Source: Mobula hypostoma (taxonomy: Eukaryota). Taken from it: DNA of 64,000 bases. The DNA is taken from positions 232,130,001 to 232,194,000 of the forward strand of contig NC_086097.1 of NCBI RefSeq assembly GCF_963921235.1. The letters are read 5' to 3'. How positions within the stretch are numbered: position 1 is the stretch's first letter; every line of letters begins with the position of its first letter. A program made the translations under genes and the position numbers. The notes beneath the pieces were generated by a model that saw nothing but the letters and a program-made list of their open reading frames with translations, did no database searches and was not told where the DNA came from. Shown piece by piece: positions 60,071 through 64,000 of the stretch.

Positions 60071-61588
60071 GTTGAATAAGTATTTTGTGTCATTTTTCAC
60101 TCTGGAGGACAACTGCAGTGTGCCAGATATTCAAGAGTGCCAGGGGGCAGAAGTGAGTGTTGTTGCTATTACTAAGGAGAAGGTGCTTGGCAAGCTGAAA
60201 GTTCTGAAGGTAGATAAGTCACCTGGATCAGAGAGACTAAACCCCAGGGTTCTGAAAGAGGGAGCTGAAGTTAATATGTGGAGGCATTACAAATGATCTT
60301 TCAAGAATCAGTAGGTACTGGAATGGTTCTGGAGGACTGGAAATTTGCAAATGTTACTCCACTCTTTAAGTAGGGAGGGAGGCAGAAGAAAGGAAATTAT
60401 AGGACAGTTAGCGTGACTTCAGTGGTTCAGTGGTTGGGAAGATGTTGGAGCCCATTATTATGGATGAGGTTTGGGGTACTTGGATTCACGTGATAAAGTA
60501 GGTCAAAATCAACGTGGTTTCCTTAAGGGGAAATTTTGCCTGTCAAGTCTGTTGGAATTGTTTGAGGAAATAGAAGGTGGATAGACAGGACAGCCAATGG
60601 ATGTTGCTTACTTGGATTTTCCAAAGGTGTTTGACAAGTGCTTCAATGAGGCTGCTTAACAAGATGAGAGCCCATGGTATTAGAGGAAAGATACTAGAAT
60701 GGACAGAAATTTGGCTGACTGGCAGCAGGCATACAGACGGAATAAATGGAGCCTATTCTGGTTGGCTGTCAGTGACCTTTGGTGTTCCGTAGGGTTCGGT
60801 ATTGGAAGCATTTCTTTTCACGCTATATCAAACAATCTGGATGACAGAATTGATTGTTTTGTGGCCAAGTTTGCCAATAATATAAAGGTAGGTGTAGGGG
60901 CAGGTAATGTTAAAGAAGCAGAGTCTACAGAAGGATGAAGACTGATTGGGAAAATGGGCAAAGACGTGTCGGGAAGTATACGGTCATGCACTTTGGTAGA
61001 AAGAATAAAGGCATTATCTATTTTCTATGTGGGACAAACATTCAAAATTCAGGGGTGCAAAGGGATTTGGGAGACTTTGTGCAGGAATCCCTAAAGGTTA
61101 ATTTGCTGGTTGAGTCAATGGTAAGAAAAAAGCAAATGCAATGTTAGCTTTAATTTCAAGAGGACTAGAATATAAGAACAAGAATTTGATGCTGACAATT
61201 TATAAGGCATTGGTCAGATTGCACTTAGAATAGTGTGTGCAGATTTGGGCCCCTTATTTAAGAAATGAGGCTCCAGTATTGGAGAGAGTCCAGAGGAGGT
61301 CAACGAGAATTATTCTGGGAATGAAAGGGTTAATGTATAAGGAGTGCTTCATGGCTCTGGACCCATACTCGCAGGATTTTAATAGAATGGGAGGGGGTCT
61401 CATTGAAACCCATTGAATATCAAAAGGATTCAACAGAGTGGATGTGGAGAGGATGTTTCCTATAGTGAGTCTAGGTTCAAAGGCCTCAGAATAGAGGGAC
61501 GTCGATTTAGAACAGAGATAAGAAGGAATTTCTTTAGTCAGATGGTGGTGAATTTGTGGAACTCATTGCCACAGATGATTGTGTAGCC

Positions 61589-61834
61589 TGTTGTGTGTTT
61601 AATATTTCAGTAATAATTAAATAATATTGTAAATATATTGTTTGGTTAAGCATTCTTTAATTGTTTAAATAATGCATTAATGTGCTATACAGTATGTAAA
61701 GGTATGTGAACAGCATACGTTATTATGCCACCAATTTACTTTTGAGCACCTCACCAGATAAAACTAAGAGCAGACCTGTTTCCCAGCATCCGGGTTTTTC
61801 TTTCAATTTGTTTCTGGAGTCACAAGACATAACA
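61589..61834. mobile_element. Probable solo LTR
   Basis: TGTTGTGT...ACATAACA inverted termini (TG..CA). It interrupts the CR1 3' region. The TSD is imperfect. Confidence 0.6.
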
Positions 61835-63134
61835 GAGGCCAAGTCATTGAGTATATTTAAAGCAGAGGTTGATGGGCTCTTGTTTAGTTAGTGTGTCAAA
61901 AGTTATTTGGAGAAACCATGAGAATGGGTTTGACAGGGATAATAAATCAGCCATGATGGAATGGTGGAGCAGCTTGAGAGGCAGAATGGCCAACTCTACT
62001 CCAACATCGTATAGTCCACTTCAGCTGTGATCAAGTGGCAGGGTGAGATGGCCTAATTTTGTTCCTCTATTTGATGGTCTATAAATTAGCAGTTAACGTA
62101 CTTTGTGGATAGATTACTGTGCAATATTCTGTATTTCCTCAGTATTTCTCTGCCATGTTAAATTTGATTTTGCATTTCAAGTCTCCAAACAGGGGATTAA
62201 CCCTATAATCTTAGATATAGTTCCACTGAGCCAAGCTGACACGCTACAAGAAGACAAGAGAGTTAAATATGCAGCCTGAGAAATGGCATCAATTTCGGAT
62301 TTTAATGAGGTCCATGTGACAAATGAGGGATTGTACAGTGACGGATTGGCTAGTTCCTAGGCAAAGCTGGGACTAAAGTCTTCAGCTCGCACAATAACTC
62401 ATACTGAAGGAGGGTTTTAAAACAACATGATGGGGAAAGGGATCAGATAAAATGAGGCAATAGATGGGAAATCCTCGGTGGTCAGAAGTGTAGAAAAGAT
62501 AACAGCAGAAACTCAGGAAGTAATAAAGTATTGATCAGAGGGTATAATTGTCCAAACTGATGGACAAATTGCAATGGGGTAAGGTATACAAATCTCAAAA
62601 ATACATTATTAATAGAAGTGGTGCCAGAGTCTACCAGACTGTTTGTCAAGTAGCATAATGTATGCAAAATTCTCAGATCACACACCTTTCACTGTGATTG
62701 AGTAGCCTAGATAAGTTTCAGGATCGAGTCTCATTAGTATTAACTTGACGAGTTGAAGTTACAAAAGGGCTGTAAAAGATAAAAATCAAGCGGGCAGTTT
62801 AGTTAGGGTCTGTTAAAGGAGCCGAGTGGGCACTCTGTCAAGTCAGAATAGATTGTTGGTGTCCCTTTAAGGGTGTGTTGATCCTCATTTCACTGGGTCC
62901 ACGTAAACATTGAGCTAAACACAGTGCATTTTACCTTTTGCAAAAACTGTCTGTTTGTTGCTCTGAGGACTAATGATATGCTTTCTGACAACATGAGCTA
63001 CGCAAAGTTCCCTTACTCTCTCCTGAACACATCACTGAAGTTTGACACCTTTCACCGAACCTGTTTCGTGCATTTAGTTGCCTCTTCTTGTTTTGGATGG
63101 GTACGCTGGTTGCCCCTTTATGAGACTGCAAACA

Positions 63135-63645
63135 GGCATGGTCGTGTAACGGTCATCGCTTCACTTTTCCTGCTCGTGATCAATGGTCAGGGTTCAATTC
63201 CTGTCACTGCTTGTTAAGAGTTTGTACTTTCTCCCTGTGACTGTATGGGTTTCCTCCGGGTGCTCTGGTTTCCTCCCACATTCCAAAGATGCACACACTC
63301 AAAACGCAGGAGGAACTCAGCAGGTCAGGCAGCGTCTATAGAGAGGAATAAAAAGCCGGCCTGATGAAAGGTCTCAACCTGCATTTTATTCCTCTCCATA
63401 GACGCTGCCTGACCTGCTGAGTTCCTCCAGCATTTTGTGTATGTTACTCTGGATTTCCAGCATCTGCAGAATCTCATATGTGTTTCCAGGTTAGGGTTAG
63501 TAAGTTGTGCAAATGCGAAGTTGGCACTGGAAGCGTGATGAGGGCTACCCAGCACAGTCCTCACTGATTTGATACCAATGACACAATTGACTGTATGTTT
63601 CAGTATTTTGATGTACGTGAGAAATAAAGCTAATATTGTTTCTTT
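63135..63645 (+). mobile_element. tRNA-derived SINE (V-SINE-like core) interrupted by a palindromic PLE derivative
   Basis: GGGTTCAATTCC B box, GGGTTTCCTCCGGGTGCTCTGGTTTCCTCCCACATTCCAAAGA core, and a tail like that of the 42822 copy. Confidence 0.8.
63292..63485. mobile_element. Palindromic PLE pLTR derivative
   Basis: GGAGGAACTCAGCAGGTCAGGCAGCGTCTAT / ATAGACGCTGCCTGACCTGCTGAGTTCCTCC arms around CCTGATGAAAGGTCTC. Confidence 0.85.
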
Positions 63646-64000
63646 AAAAATCAATTACCTGTCACACTTTTTCTGGACAGGAAGTATATGACTGAGGGTT
63701 AAGTAAGAGATGTAAAGTCAAATAGAAAGGGGACAGATAAAGGAAGGCATGTCGAATAAACATTCTAGTTTATAAAATAAAAGACAGAATTAATCATAGG
63801 TTGCATTGTAGGTTTGAAAAGTAAAGATGTTACAAGAGACGTGCAAATTCCCAAACAAATGTGATAGAGGTAGTAAATAAGAACTGTGACTCTATTGGGA
63901 ATTTAATATAAATATCAAACAGTAAAGGTATGATGGTATGATGTGAGAAGAAATATTGATGATGCAAAACTATGATGATGGATTACATTATTTATCTGAA

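Larger units (their letters stand above)
58545..62015 (+). mobile_element. Decayed CR1 ORF2 hosting three insertions
   Basis: SDHNIIEF, KSPG, RT motifs and the 3' UTR at 61835-62015. Confidence 0.88.

Noticed and set aside
59778..60296. 172-aa ORF
   Set aside because: A PLE pLTR reads into the host CR1 ORF2 across an insertion junction.
63489..63501. GGTTAGGGTTAG as an interstitial telomeric repeat
   Set aside because: It is only two units and is part of the SINE body.

Overview
This window is repeat-saturated eukaryotic DNA. The repeat mix (CR1 LINEs with an esterase ORF1, Rex1/Babar LINEs, Neptune-type Penelope-like elements, V-SINE/HE1-like SINEs) points to a cartilaginous fish, probably a ray or shark; that assignment is inference. 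No intact host gene is recognisable, and almost every ORF in the track is a broken retroelement frame or its antisense shadow. Most of the window is nested, decayed mobile DNA. It includes three near-full-length CR1 copies hosting younger insertions, a near-full-length Rex1/Babar LINE, PLE fragments with a GIY-YIG endonuclease and minimal hammerhead ribozymes, BovB-like and Vingi-like fragments, two hAT elements, a mariner MITE, several SINEs and a solo LTR. The most interesting signals are: (i) about 650-850 bp non-tRNA SINE-like families that start with an AAGATGGCG (YY1-type) motif and end in Rex1-type tails, with five copies of one family; (ii) fold-back PLE derivatives whose inversion point falls at the hammerhead ribozyme, two with 13-14 bp TSDs; (iii) several candidates for horizontally transferred elements; and (iv) AT-rich unique islands with Hox/Pbx motifs and one candidate exon. 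Family names come from recalled consensus features, not database searches, and coordinates of decayed elements are approximate.
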